A DNA stretch of 61,827 nt, the filler included, from Sanchytrium tribonematis (taxonomy: Eukaryota): assembly GCA_018985235.1 (NCBI GenBank). It is 12 parts of 12 records of this genome, joined end to end, with 100 filler letters (N's around TTAATTAATTAA, not from the genome) between each part and the next. Parts side by side here need not be neighbours in the genome. Positions count along the whole stretch, not along the records: positions 1 to 22,354 come from JADGIG010000083.1; 11 more parts are not named here. The stretch is one strand, 5' to 3'. Shown here piece by piece: positions 1-10,674 of this stretch. Numbering within the stretch: the first letter of the stretch is position 1; the number at the start of each line of letters is the position of its first letter. The notes below the pieces were generated by a model. It was not told where the DNA came from and made no database searches. It saw nothing but the letters and a program-made list of their open reading frames with translations. The translations under genes and the position numbers were made by a program.

Positions 1-559
1 ACAAAAAAACAAAATTGTAACCAGAAAAGAAGAACTTTTAAAAGATGCGAGCGTGGGAACTCCAGACATTGGTAGACCTTTCAAATTATTTAATTGCAAA
101 AAAAACGTAGAATCGTCTAGTAATGATTATCTCGGGAAATTGCAAATATTATATTTTGGCTTCACATCTTGTCCTGATATATGCCCAGAGGAACTTGAAA
201 AATTGTCCAAGTCCCTAGACTTATTGAAAAGTCAAGGAATAGACGTTGATAAGGAGATCCAGCCGATATTCATTACTTGTGATCCTAATAGAGATGATTG
301 TTCTACTATTAATGAATATCTTGATGAATTTGATCAACTGTACATTGGTTTTAGAAGCGACTTTGATGCTATCAAAAAAGTGGCAAAAGATTTTCGTGTG
401 TACATGTCAACTCCACGACCAGAAGAAATGACGGAAGATTACCTAGTAGACCATTCAATATTTTTTTACATTATGGACCGAGAAGGTAAGTTTGCGGACG
501 TCCTGGGTAGAAACCTTACTGTAGATACAATGGCAGCTAAAATAAAAAACTTATTGTAA
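1..559 (+). CDS. SCO1: Cytochrome c oxidase copper chaperone Sco1 (5'-partial)
   Basis: YFGFTSCPDICPEEL CxxxC motif, QPIFITCDP, YLVDHSIFFY. Confidence 0.95.
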   Translation, partial: QKNKIVTRKEELLKDASVGTPDIGRPFKLFNCKKNVESSSNDYLGKLQILYFGFTSCPDICPEELEKLSKSLDLLKSQGIDVDKEIQPIFITCDPNRDDCSTINEYLDEFDQLYIGFRSDFDAIKKVAKDFRVYMSTPRPEEMTEDYLVDHSIFFYIMDREGKFADVLGRNLTVDTMAAKIKNLL

Positions 560-574
560 TTAGTTTCATTTGCT

Positions 575-859
575 TTATTCTATGTAATCGCTGTATAAGT
601 CTGGATATTGTGAAAAGCAAGATTGCATTTCCTGAAATAAATTAACACAATCAGCACCCTTTTGCTCATCTTTGCTGTATATAAAGCATTTAAATGCAGC
701 TTTGAATTTATTGCCACAAGGTGGTTTGACCATTGGCGCTATACACGGACATTCCCAGTCAATCTCCTGAGTGATAGGGTCTACAGCTTGTGGAGGGACT
801 GCGTCTTCTTTAGTCAAAAATGTTAATTCATGATTGTCGATTTTTTTGGAGAATGACAT
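575..859 (-). CDS. MIA40: Mitochondrial intermembrane-space import oxidoreductase Mia40/CHCHD4
   Basis: IDWECPC followed by twin CX9C; likely ATG at 859. Confidence 0.9.
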   Translation of the reverse strand: MSFSKKIDNHELTFLTKEDAVPPQAVDPITQEIDWECPCIAPMVKPPCGNKFKAAFKCFIYSKDEQKGADCVNLFQEMQSCFSQYPDLYSDYIE

Positions 860-884
860 TCCTTTGGAAGGAGAGTTTTGTACA

Positions 885-1876
885 ATGCTTGAAAATTCAA
901 CCCAGGTAGTGAACAAAAACGCTGTCCCTTCTATAAGAGAGTTCTTATCTGCTTTATTACAGAACTTTTATTATGAAAAATGTTCGTTTAAATATGAGCC
1001 GCAAGAGTTTCGACTGCTCAAATGCGAGTGCAAGAATTTTTGTGTTGAGAGGCAAGAAAACGTTTCTTTTATTTTGGACTACTATAGGTACGATCGCCAA
1101 GCACTTCATGATTTTATTAAGTTTATCTATGAACTCGAAAAAATTACATTAACCTCAGATAAAATTTACTACCATTACGTTGAAGTTGCCTTATTTTGGG
1201 CATACCAGCTTTACATTTACAGCCCAGAAGACTCACTAAGTGTGCTTAATTATTTAGAAGCACAAAAAATTTACGGCGATATATATTGTGACTTTTCTGT
1301 ACTTTGCCAGGCCTTTTCCTTAGGATCGAAATGGATCAAAGCAGGCATCGTTAGTCAGTTTGATGAAAAACTTTGGAATTTGACTGCATTAATTTGCTAT
1401 TTGTTAGGAAGGGAAAGTCATGGTACTACTAAATTAAAATACTTTCAATTGTCGGAGAGTTATTTTGGTCATTTACGAATTTATTCCTCGGACGAAAATT
1501 ACCAAGAATGGTCTGATTATCTAAATAATCTGCTTTTAGATAGTGGTGAACTTAATTAGTAAACACGATAATTATTAATACGAATCACCATATTATTTTT
1601 GAAACAACTTACATGAATTGGTTGGAAAACATTGATTGGGAAAAAATTCAGGGCGAAAGTTCAACCTCAGCAGAATTTGATAGTATATTTTTAAATACTG
1701 CCAATTTAGAGAAATATGCAAGATACATTGATTTCGCCACTACAGTTCTAAACAGGACGAACCCAAATGATATTTATAGGTACGAGCAATATATTCGGAG
1801 AGAAAATGCTTTAATTGATGAGCAATTTGAAAAAATTAAGAATAAAGACGCTGTTCAAAGCCTAATAAACAAATAA
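885..1876 (+). CDS. Hypothetical protein(s); ORFs 885-1559 and 1613-1876, possibly one gene
   Basis: Long open frames with no recognised motif; joinable in frame by a tentative 17-nt intron at 1543-1559. Confidence 0.45.
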
Positions 1877-1929
1877 TTTGCTTGGTATTGTTTGATAAAT
1901 TTGCTTATTCTTCTTGGTTTCTCCTTAAA

Positions 1930-4096
1930 ATGAGTGTGTCAATATTGACAATCAATCTAGTTCGAAAAGAAATTCCTGTTGAGGCAGAATTGCGAAAATC
2001 ATATTACTCAATACTGCCTAATATTGATAAGCTTGCCAATTTGAATTTAAATAAGAAAGAATGTCTCAGTGGCTTACTTTATTCCATTTTATTGGACTTT
2101 AATTCGATTTCTTGGAATTCTTTTCTTCATTTTTACAAATTTTATTCCCCAGAGAAGCCGCTTCTGAAATTAGCTCAACATTTCGCCGATCTATCCTCTA
2201 CAAGCAAGTCAAATTTATTGAATAGTTTGTACGAATTGGGAAAATTAAATTTCAAGATTGATAAAATAGTAATATATTTAGTGAGGTATTTTGACGAAAA
2301 TGATGTGTTTTCTTTCTTGCTCAACGTCCGGCTTCACTTGAGTGACCAGAAAGTAGTTGCCGTTTTACTTTTCAATTTAATCAAAAAAAGACACAGCCTC
2401 CAAATTAATGAAAACGATCGAGCCCAACTCAATTCATGGATTTCCAATCTGGAAAACGATCCACAAATCTTAAAATATTTAGGACGTGAATTGTATAGTC
2501 TAACAAACATTTTTTCTACAAATCATCTCAAAGAATTCACATTTGAGGAGCAAAGAAAATCAATTGATCCAATATTTTACTCTTTGCAAATGCCAATTTT
2601 TCTTGAAGATAAAATTAAATTTTTACTTTTTCGGGTACAATTAAATGGTGGTACTATGCACTTGCAGTGGTTGGTAACCCAATTCAATAAGTTGAGTTTA
2701 GATTTGTTAAAATGTGCAATTAGGTACATTTGCTGCTACATACATCCACCCAATGATATCTTGGCTAGCCCTGTGATTCAGAGGTATATATTTTTTACCG
2801 AGCTGCATGATAATCTGATTTCTTCCCAACAGCGACATGTTTTAAATGATTCCATAATTTATGACTTGTTTTTCTACAAATCAGGGGAAATAATGAATAT
2901 CGAACCGGTAGCTTTGATGCTATTTCCAGGAGACTTAGCAAAGATTGAAATTGCAAATGAATTGTGGAAAACATTGAATTCGGCTATTGCGAAATTGACT
3001 TTGAATCAAGCCGGTAGTTTAAATGCCTTAAAACTGGCTCTTACGGAAGTATTGCAATTACAGGTTATATCTCAAAGTCGTTTAGAACGCAGTTTGACTC
3101 TCATGAAAAAGAAATGGGGTGTTTTGTACAAAAATATAATCAACAACAATATCAAGATCACAAATCAGATTGATTTGGAGGAGGATGATCTTTATGAGAC
3201 AAAAAGTGAAAAAGCCACCCCTCTGAATAGTCTTCAAAATGATGAAAACTCAAGTAAGGCTAGAGTTTTTATGAACGCAATGAACAAAATAGTGTCGTCA
3301 GAATCAAAACTGAATCAAGAAACAAAAGAATTGCACTTGTTTGATATGTTTAAAAAGTTCATTTTGTCTGTTGATGAATCCACCATTAAATCCTGCTTCG
3401 ATGATATCAACTTTAATTTAAAGTCATTTAAAAAGCCGCCACATATCTTTTACAAGGCATTTTTAGAAGAAGAAATTAAAAATCCTCAACTTGAAATCAT
3501 ATTCAATTCATTTTCATTCGCAAGCGCCGATTATTGTCTTTATAGAATAGCTAACTTAAACGTTGCAGATTTCATAAGTCGCACACCTATTGCATTAATT
3601 TTGAAATCTCTTCATTATCTTTTAGATGAAAAGCCCTTGAATATGTTCAATGACTTTTTATTAGCCTTAATAGTAAATGGAGCAAAAATTAGGTGGAATT
3701 TAATTGAACAATTTGTCAATCCTTTACTGAACTGTAAAATTAGAAATTACGTGTATTGTGAGAATTTGCCTTTGTTTACATCAGAGTTCAATATTAGTTT
3801 TTTAAAAAATGATTCCGCATCTAAATATATGATTTGTGACTTGGTATTTGCAGAAATCAAGCTTCTTCGAGCATTTAATTATCTGATCAAGTGCGTCAAA
3901 TTTTGGTTGGAATGTACCGGTAGTTTTATTTAAATTAGACATTGTTTTCGAATCGAAGTTACTGGAATGCATTTTTGATATAAATCTCAGCCAAGATTTC
4001 GTGAATCAGTTAAATGCGGTCCTGGAATCTCACCCTGATAAAAAGTACAAGATTCAACATATAATATTACAATTTCGTAAATTCGAAGCAAATTAG
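1930..4096 (+). CDS. INTS3: Integrator subunit 3 / SOSS-A-like protein, 2 exons
   Basis: IRYICCYIHPPNDILAS and YDLFFYKSGEIMNIEP match INTS3 conserved blocks; intron 3920-3938 extends the frame to TAG at 4096. Confidence 0.75.
3920..3938 (+). other. 19-nt spliceosomal intron
   Basis: GTAGTTTTATTTAAATTAG; removal opens about 52 further codons filling the gap to the next gene. Confidence 0.75.
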
Positions 4097-4116
4097 GTTA
4101 ATATATAACAAGCAAT

Positions 4117-5654
4117 TTATTTGTGTAAAGTATTGGGATTTGCCAACATTTTAACAGTTCGAATTGATTCAACCCAAGTGTCAGCGTTCCCACTTTGATC
4201 TATCAAATGGTATGTTCTTTTGGGGGTATTGACCATGAAAGTGGTTTTGTTTTTAGTTTCGGGTTCAATGTCATCTGTCCAGGGTATCAATCCTTTTAAA
4301 GTCAATTCTCCAATTGTTTTTTGCTCCACCTCTCCACTATCGTCATCACTGTCACTTTTTTCTTTTTTCATATCCATTGTAGATTTCGAATTTTTATTTG
4401 TGGTTGATTCATTGATTATTTTCTTTGAATCTGCTTTCATTATCAATGCATTGCCTTTAAAATACATAAATCTGGGCAAATCAGTTAGAACAAACCACCT
4501 CTTTCTGGGAACAAGACCCTTTTTCTTATACAAAACACCCATTTTAATAATCCTTTCTTCTGGTTTCAAAAAGTCAGAAACTAACAGGACAGATTGATCG
4601 GATATATTAGAGAGCAATTTAGAAGGGTCAGTTTCGGTGGTATTAACCGAGGCTGTACTCCTCATTGAGGTACGCGACAAAGTACTAAAAGACGTTCGAC
4701 TTTTTCTTTTTGGTGGATCTAAATTCGTACCAATAGAGTCTTCATTTTCAACGTCATCCACTTTCAAAGGATGAAAAGGGGGCGGCGTCTTTAAATAAAG
4801 TTCTTTCCATTTGATGCTTCTGAAAAAGTCCATCGTGACCAATTCTTCATACCCAGCTCTATTTGGGGGCTCTAGAACTATTAATTTTGACGTCACTTGC
4901 TTTACTTTATCAGGAAAATCTAGAGGAAGTGTATATTGAAGCTTAGAAACTTTTTGGAAAGTTTGGTAATCGTTTGGGCCCTTAAAGGGAGGTTTTTGAG
5001 TAATCATCTGTATCATTATGCATCCAATAGCCCAAAAATCGCTTTTCTCGGATGCTTCTTTTTCACCTAAAACCTCTGGACTACATCAAAAATAATTTAC
5101 CTTACATACTCTGCTGTGCCAACAAAAGATTTAGTCCTTGTGCCGTCTGTACCGTCTTCTTCCTTTCTATCTAAAATTTTAGCTGTACCGTAGTCCGTCA
5201 GCTTTATGTGATTACTTGTGGAAAGTAAAATATTTTCCGGCTTTATATCTCTATGCAAAATTTTCATACTATGCAGGTAGTTGACACCTTCAATCAATTC
5301 TGCTGCATAAAATTGAACAGCATCCAGTGAGAAAGTACCTTCTTTGATACTTTTGAGTAAATCTCCTGGACATAACTCTAAACAAAAATACAAATTATTT
5401 TGATCTTGAAATGTATAAAACAATTTGACTATAAATGGGTGATCGCACATATTCAGTACATCCTTTTCTATGGTTACATATTTGACCTTGCGCTCTTTGA
5501 TTATATGTCTCTTATCAAGTACCTTTATAGCAAATTGTTTTCCAGTTGCTTTTTCTTTAGCGAGAAATACTGTGGAATAGCTGCCCTCTCCAAGAACGTC
5601 GTTCATCTCGAAGTCTTCCTGAGTTTTTTTCGCTTCATCTTTAGTAACTGACAT
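4117..5654 (-). CDS. PDK1: 3-phosphoinositide-dependent kinase PDK1/Pkh/Ksg1 (kinase + PH domain), 2 exons
   Basis: GEGSYSTV, HRDIKPEN, spliced SFVGTAEYVSPE, C-terminal PH domain (RKRWFVLTDLPR). Confidence 0.93.
5081..5100 (-). other. 20-nt spliceosomal intron
   Basis: GTAAATTATTTTTGATGTAG; removal restores GTAEYVSPEVL. Confidence 0.93.
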
Positions 5655-5733
5655 GAAAAATTTCCGACCGTGTTTCAAACTTTGAGAAATTTAGTTACGG
5701 TTTAGCCTACGGCATTTTAAATTAATCTGAGAT

Positions 5734-6930
5734 TTATTTAAATAATTTCGACACACTCAAATTTTGTTCGCTATCTTTCTTCATAATCTTGGTAACAGCC
5801 ATTTCGAAATCTTCTTGAGAAACATGAATTCTTCTCTCTCTTAAGGCGTACATACCGGCTTCTGTACAAACACCTTTAACTTCTGCTCCACTGCAGCCTG
5901 TCATTAAACCAGCAACTTTTCTGAGGTTAATGCCTCTTTGCAAGTTCATTTTACGCGAGTGGATTTTTAAAATGTCTAGTCTAGCGTCCTCAGAAGGAGG
6001 AGGAAATTCAATTTTACGATCGATTCTGCCAGGTCTTAAAAGCGCAGAGTCGAGGATATCAATACCTAAGTAAATAAACAATAACGATTTGTTGCCATTA
6101 TAATCTTGATATTTTTTGTTTGTTCAAACCCATCCAGCTGATTTAGGAGCTCTAACATAGTTCTTTGCACTTCACTATCACCACTTCCATCTCCGCGGCT
6201 AGATCCAATGCTGTCTATTTCATCCATGAAAATAATTGAGGGCGCATGTTCTCTAGCCATGATAAATAACTCTCTTACCATTCTTGAACCTTCACCAATA
6301 TATTTCTGCACTAGTTCACTTCCACTAACTCTGATAAATCGACAATCTGTGTGATGTGCAACAGCTCTTGCAAGTAATGTCTAAATAAATATAAAATACT
6401 TTTCCGGTACCGGGAGGTCCATAAAGCAGTACACCTTTTGGTTGCTCTATACCTAAAGCTTCAAACAATTCGGGATGTTTAATAGGAAGTTCAATCACTT
6501 CTTTAATTTCTTTAATTTGTTGATCAAGACCGCCTATCATATCGTAAGATGCATCTGGCACTTTTTCTACCATCATGAGAGAAACAAGAGGATCTATTTT
6601 GTTGGGCAATATTTTATATAAGGAATAATTGTCATGTTTCAATGCAACTCTTGAGCTTGGGGCTAATTGTTTTCTGTCAACATCATCGTCAATCGTGACA
6701 AGATACTTACCATCAGGCTGTACTTTGATTAGAGCTTTATCATTTAAAATCTTGATGAACTCTCCTATATGTGCTGGAGGAGACTGCAAATGCTGATATT
6801 CTTCACCTAATAAGCGGACTTGGATGTTTAATAGGTTTCGTTGAGCTCTCAATCGCGCCAAATTGTTCTTTGCGCTATTAAGATTAAGCTCCAAATGTTG
6901 ATCTTGTCTCTCATAAACATTTGCAAGCAT
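5734..6930 (-). CDS. RPT6: 26S proteasome AAA-ATPase Rpt6, 3 exons
   Basis: Spliced [57 protein letters not shown]. Confidence 0.96.
6066..6085 (-). other. 20-nt spliceosomal intron
   Basis: GTTATTGTTTATTTACTTAG; removal restores ATNRIDILD. Confidence 0.92.
6381..6399 (-). other. 19-nt spliceosomal intron
   Basis: GTATTTTATATTTATTTAG; removal restores Walker A GPPGTGK|TLLAR. Confidence 0.95.
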
Positions 6931-6966
6931 TACAAAAGAAAAGTTTCAAAAATTAAAGAGTGAAAT

Positions 6967-7212
6967 TTATTCTTGAGCTTTTCGCAATCTTTTGACGATT
7001 TTGTTGACATTTATTTCCTGTGACATTGATTTGCATACTATATTACTGTATAATCTATAAATCCCGCTGAAATCGGTGCCTTTATAAATGTATACATCTT
7101 TTTTAGATTGAATCTTGATATAGCCCACAGTCCCTTTGAATTTGAGGAGCACCCTTGGATTTTCTAATGGTAAATCAAAATCTGTAATTTCTCTCAGTCG
7201 GATCGTAGGCAT
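6967..7212 (-). CDS. Small protein, possibly SRP9/Srp21-like
   Basis: 81 aa; PRVLLKFK..GYIKIQ...VYIYK resembles the SRP9 beta-strand pattern; weak. Confidence 0.4.
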   Translation of the reverse strand: MPTIRLREITDFDLPLENPRVLLKFKGTVGYIKIQSKKDVYIYKGTDFSGIYRLYSNIVCKSMSQEINVNKIVKRLRKAQE

Positions 7213-7242
7213 AGATTGTCCCTTTGTTGCAAATTTTACAAA

Positions 7243-8376
7243 ATGCTTGTAAGCTCAGTCACAAAGCGACTTTTCTATGGGTTTATTCTAAGACTTCTCT
7301 TATTCGTAATATCTCTGATATTGGATCAGTATCAAGTCAAATTCACTGATGTCGATTATTTTGTTTTCTCAGATGCAGCTAAATATGTTTACGAGGGAGC
7401 ATCGCCTTACAATAGGGCAACATACAGATACACGCCAATCCTTTCTTACATTCTAGTAGGAAACATCTGGAATCCGTACTTTGGAAAGCTGTTCTTTATA
7501 TTCTGCGATTTGATAGTTGCACTATTTATAGAGTTACAAGGCTTCGACTCCTCCTTATGGATTTTGAATCCTATCATCGCAATTATTTCAGTTAGAGGTA
7601 ACGCAGAATCTTTTGTTTCGGCAATTATCCTATTATTTCTGTATTTTCTTAAGAAAAATAACGTGGTGATTTCTGGTTTATTTTTTGGCTTTGCTTGCCA
7701 CGTTAAAATTTACCCAATTATATATGCGCCAGCAGCTCTAGTATATTTGAATCAAAGAAAAGGAACTTTATTAGATAATCTCAAGGGATGTCTTTCTGTG
7801 AATTCCATCAAATTTTTTATATCATCAGCTTCGGTTTTTCTTGGACTTTTGAGTTTATTTTATAGGTGCTATGGTTACGAGTTTCTTTACGAAACCTATT
7901 TATACCATGTCGTTCGTAAAGATCATCGACACAATTTTTCAATCTATTTTTATCCACTTTACCTATCCAATGGCTCAAATATGGAACAAATGCTTTCTCT
8001 TGTGGGATTTTTTCCACAATTTGTGCTAGTTGGTTTGATAGGATTAAGGTATGGGGCATTTATTTACGATGTGGTGTTTCTCCAAACAATATTATTCGTC
8101 GCCCTCAACAAAGTGATGACATCACAATACCTTATTTGGTATCTTTGTTTCTTACCCTTTTGCTACAAGAAAATTATCAGAGTGAGACAAAAATGGTATA
8201 TATTATTAAATTGGGTAGTCTCTCAATTATTTTGGTTATATAATGCATATCTATTAGAGTTTAAAGGAAATCCTACATTTATATATTTATGGGCTTCCAG
8301 CATATGTTTTAGTTTTAGTCATATATGGTTTGTATACAACTTCATGGACCTCTTGAATAAATCCAAGATCCAATAA
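7243..8376 (+). CDS. GPI14: GPI mannosyltransferase I (PIG-M/Gpi14)
   Basis: KFTDVDYFVFSDAA, PYNRATYRYTP, RKDHRHNFS, NKVMTSQY; multi-pass membrane protein. Confidence 0.95.
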   Translation: MLVSSVTKRLFYGFILRLLLFVISLILDQYQVKFTDVDYFVFSDAAKYVYEGASPYNRATYRYTPILSYILVGNIWNPYFGKLFFIFCDLIVALFIELQGFDSSLWILNPIIAIISVRGNAESFVSAIILLFLYFLKKNNVVISGLFFGFACHVKIYPIIYAPAALVYLNQRKGTLLDNLKGCLSVNSIKFFISSASVFLGLLSLFYRCYGYEFLYETYLYHVVRKDHRHNFSIYFYPLYLSNGSNMEQMLSLVGFFPQFVLVGLIGLRYGAFIYDVVFLQTILFVALNKVMTSQYLIWYLCFLPFCYKKIIRVRQKWYILLNWVVSQLFWLYNAYLLEFKGNPTFIYLWASSICFSFSHIWFVYNFMDLLNKSKIQ

Positions 8377-8377
8377 A

Positions 8378-9511
8378 CTAATATTTTTTGAGTATTTCCA
8401 GCTCTTTCGCGCAACTTTCGAGTGCAAGCTCATACAAATCCAGATTTAAATAGGACCCTAAACTCGCCATCAATTTCTTAAATTCATATATCTCCATTTC
8501 ATCTGAAGGAGGACTTATTGCAAAGTACTCTTTTCCAGATCGTACTGCATATTTTGGTTTCTGCTTTGTAGGATAATTTCTCATTTCAAACCATTCGCTA
8601 CTTTCTGGAAATATGTATAATCTATAGTTTTTACAATTGAATCGTAAGAAATTAATCGCAGCGTTTAAATTGCTAGTTTGTGGGACTGTGTGAAATTCAA
8701 TATTGCAATCTTTGACACAGTAAGCTGGCAAACAAAAATTATCTTTGGTGATAATGAGACTTAGTTTGGACAATTTTATAGGGTATTGAACTGCGTTTGT
8801 GATGGAGACCGATTGGACATTGGGAAACATTGAATAATCATTATTGTCTTTTATCACCAAGTCTTCAAATGTTTTTAAATTTGGAAATGTTTTAGCTATT
8901 GCAACATAAAAATCTGGCGTGCTTGAATACTGAATGACAACGGTGTTGACACAGTATATGGGCGGAGATAGTGTCTTAAAATCAGGCTCTGATAAAAAAT
9001 CAATTTTAACGCTAATTTCGACTGGTATAAGTCGCAATTCCTGAAAGAATTCTCTGGTATATACATCAAAATTTAAGACTTCTATACTCTTCAAACCTTT
9101 CATGTTAGCTCTAATTCTCGAAAGTAAAATTGCCACAGAGTTGGACATAATGCGGCTGAAATACTCCTGATGCAATTTGACATGGACGCAGTTTTTCAGT
9201 CTTTCAAACGGTAAAATAAATAAATAAGTATTATCCTTGCCCAAGGTTAAATCTAGCTGTGTAATCCATGTAGAATACGAAAAAAAATTGATATCAAAGT
9301 AGAGAGGCACACCATAAATATTAGACCCGATATTATAAGATAACTTTAATTTGGAATAGAGTTTTCTTTTTAAATATATTTCCGTCAAGGCCTTATTGAG
9401 CATAAACGGTGATGCTAAGGCAGACCGTGACTCTTTTCTATCCACTTTATAAGGATCCGTCTTATATTCCATTAAGATTTTGCTGATAATTTCAACTGGT
9501 AATTTTACCAT
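8378..9511 (-). CDS. Hypothetical protein with F-box-like N-terminus
   Basis: 377-aa ORF beginning KLPVEIISKIL; degenerate LRR-like segments. Confidence 0.55.
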   Translation of the reverse strand: MVKLPVEIISKILMEYKTDPYKVDRKESRSALASPFMLNKALTEIYLKRKLYSKLKLSYNIGSNIYGVPLYFDINFFSYSTWITQLDLTLGKDNTYLFILPFERLKNCVHVKLHQEYFSRIMSNSVAILLSRIRANMKGLKSIEVLNFDVYTREFFQELRLIPVEISVKIDFLSEPDFKTLSPPIYCVNTVVIQYSSTPDFYVAIAKTFPNLKTFEDLVIKDNNDYSMFPNVQSVSITNAVQYPIKLSKLSLIITKDNFCLPAYCVKDCNIEFHTVPQTSNLNAAINFLRFNCKNYRLYIFPESSEWFEMRNYPTKQKPKYAVRSGKEYFAISPPSDEMEIYEFKKLMASLGSYLNLDLYELALESCAKELEILKKY

Positions 9512-9547
9512 GTTCCGGAGTATAAATCTCCGTGAAATCTATTTTTA

Positions 9548-9961
9548 ATGGTCAATGCAAAAAAATCAAAATTGGAACTTCTGATACGGCACAAAGTAGA
9601 ATTACACTTAGATGACCACAGAATACTCATAGGGCAATTACTGGCATACGACAGACACATGAATGTTGTTATCGAAGATTGTGAAGAGATACGAAAAAAA
9701 CAACGCAGACCTTTGGGATTGTTGGTTGTTCGTGGAGAACATGTTCAATCAGTACAATCAATCGCTCCTCCAGCAGCAGTTAAACAAAAACGAACTGCAA
9801 TGAATATTAGTGGTATTGTACCTGTAAAAGATATGGCTGACAGACCTCCTCCGATTCAAGGTCATTTAAATGCGCCAGTTGCACCTGCCTCCGGTGCTCC
9901 CAAGATGCCGCCAGTAATAGTAGGTGCCAATGCACCGAAAGCTCCCATGGCGCCAAAATAA
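9548..9961 (+). CDS. SMB1: snRNP core protein SmB
   Basis: IGQLLAYDRHMNVVIEDCEE and RPLGLLVVRGEHV Sm motifs; Pro-rich tail. Confidence 0.9.
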   Translation: MVNAKKSKLELLIRHKVELHLDDHRILIGQLLAYDRHMNVVIEDCEEIRKKQRRPLGLLVVRGEHVQSVQSIAPPAAVKQKRTAMNISGIVPVKDMADRPPPIQGHLNAPVAPASGAPKMPPVIVGANAPKAPMAPK

Positions 9962-10011
9962 AATTTTACCATCGCTATTTTGTATTATTTATTGTTATAG
10001 TATATCAAAAA

Positions 10012-10218
10012 TTAACCAAAAACGTCTATGTCACCATATTTGTCTTCAAATTCTTTGGCTTTGCTACTCTTGGTAGCCTTTAACAGAGGGTTGTATAGAG
10101 TGCTGTTGAACATATCCGTCGCCGATTTGATGTCTCTATTTAGCGTGGTCAACATTGTAATTTTTCTGCCATTGCTTAGTGTGACAGCCCTCCGAACAGT
10201 TGGTAAAATCAATTTCAT
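10012..10218 (-). CDS. Probable mitochondrial ribosomal protein bL31m-like
   Basis: VTLSNG..ITMLTT...D.FN..LYNP...F..KYG pattern. Confidence 0.5.
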   Translation of the reverse strand: MKLILPTVRRAVTLSNGRKITMLTTLNRDIKSATDMFNSTLYNPLLKATKSSKAKEFEDKYGDIDVFG

Positions 10219-10233
10219 AATTTTAAGGAGTAA

Positions 10234-10674
10234 ATGCTTTCAAGAAAACTTCGAGTTCAGATATCAAAGGAATTTGCGCAGGAAGTTGAGGGAAAAATAT
10301 TTCATTGGGAGCTTCCAGCTGTACCAGAGACCAAAGGATATCCAAATACCTTTATCAATCAACTGACGCTTAACTCGTCAGAAGTCAATTTGACAGAAAA
10401 AGACATCATCAAGGTCAAGGAGTTCCACGGCGGGCATTACAAGCATTTGATCCCGCCAAAACCTGAAATAAAGTCTGAAAGCGACAAGATACTTTACAAT
10501 GCGTGGACTGCAGTTGTTAAAAATAAGACCTATTCTGCAGAAAAAAAATCGGAAACATTAAATTTAATTCAAAGTACATTGAATGGGAAGGCTCCCCAAC
10601 CATTAAAAAAGGCTGGCGTTATTGCAGGCCAAGGATTGAAAAAATTTCTCAAAAATAAAGTAAAAACATCATAA
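10234..10674 (+). CDS. Hypothetical basic protein, possibly mitochondrial
   Basis: 146-aa ORF filling the gap between neighbours; MLSRKLR presequence-like start. Confidence 0.55.
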   Translation: MLSRKLRVQISKEFAQEVEGKIFHWELPAVPETKGYPNTFINQLTLNSSEVNLTEKDIIKVKEFHGGHYKHLIPPKPEIKSESDKILYNAWTAVVKNKTYSAEKKSETLNLIQSTLNGKAPQPLKKAGVIAGQGLKKFLKNKVKTS

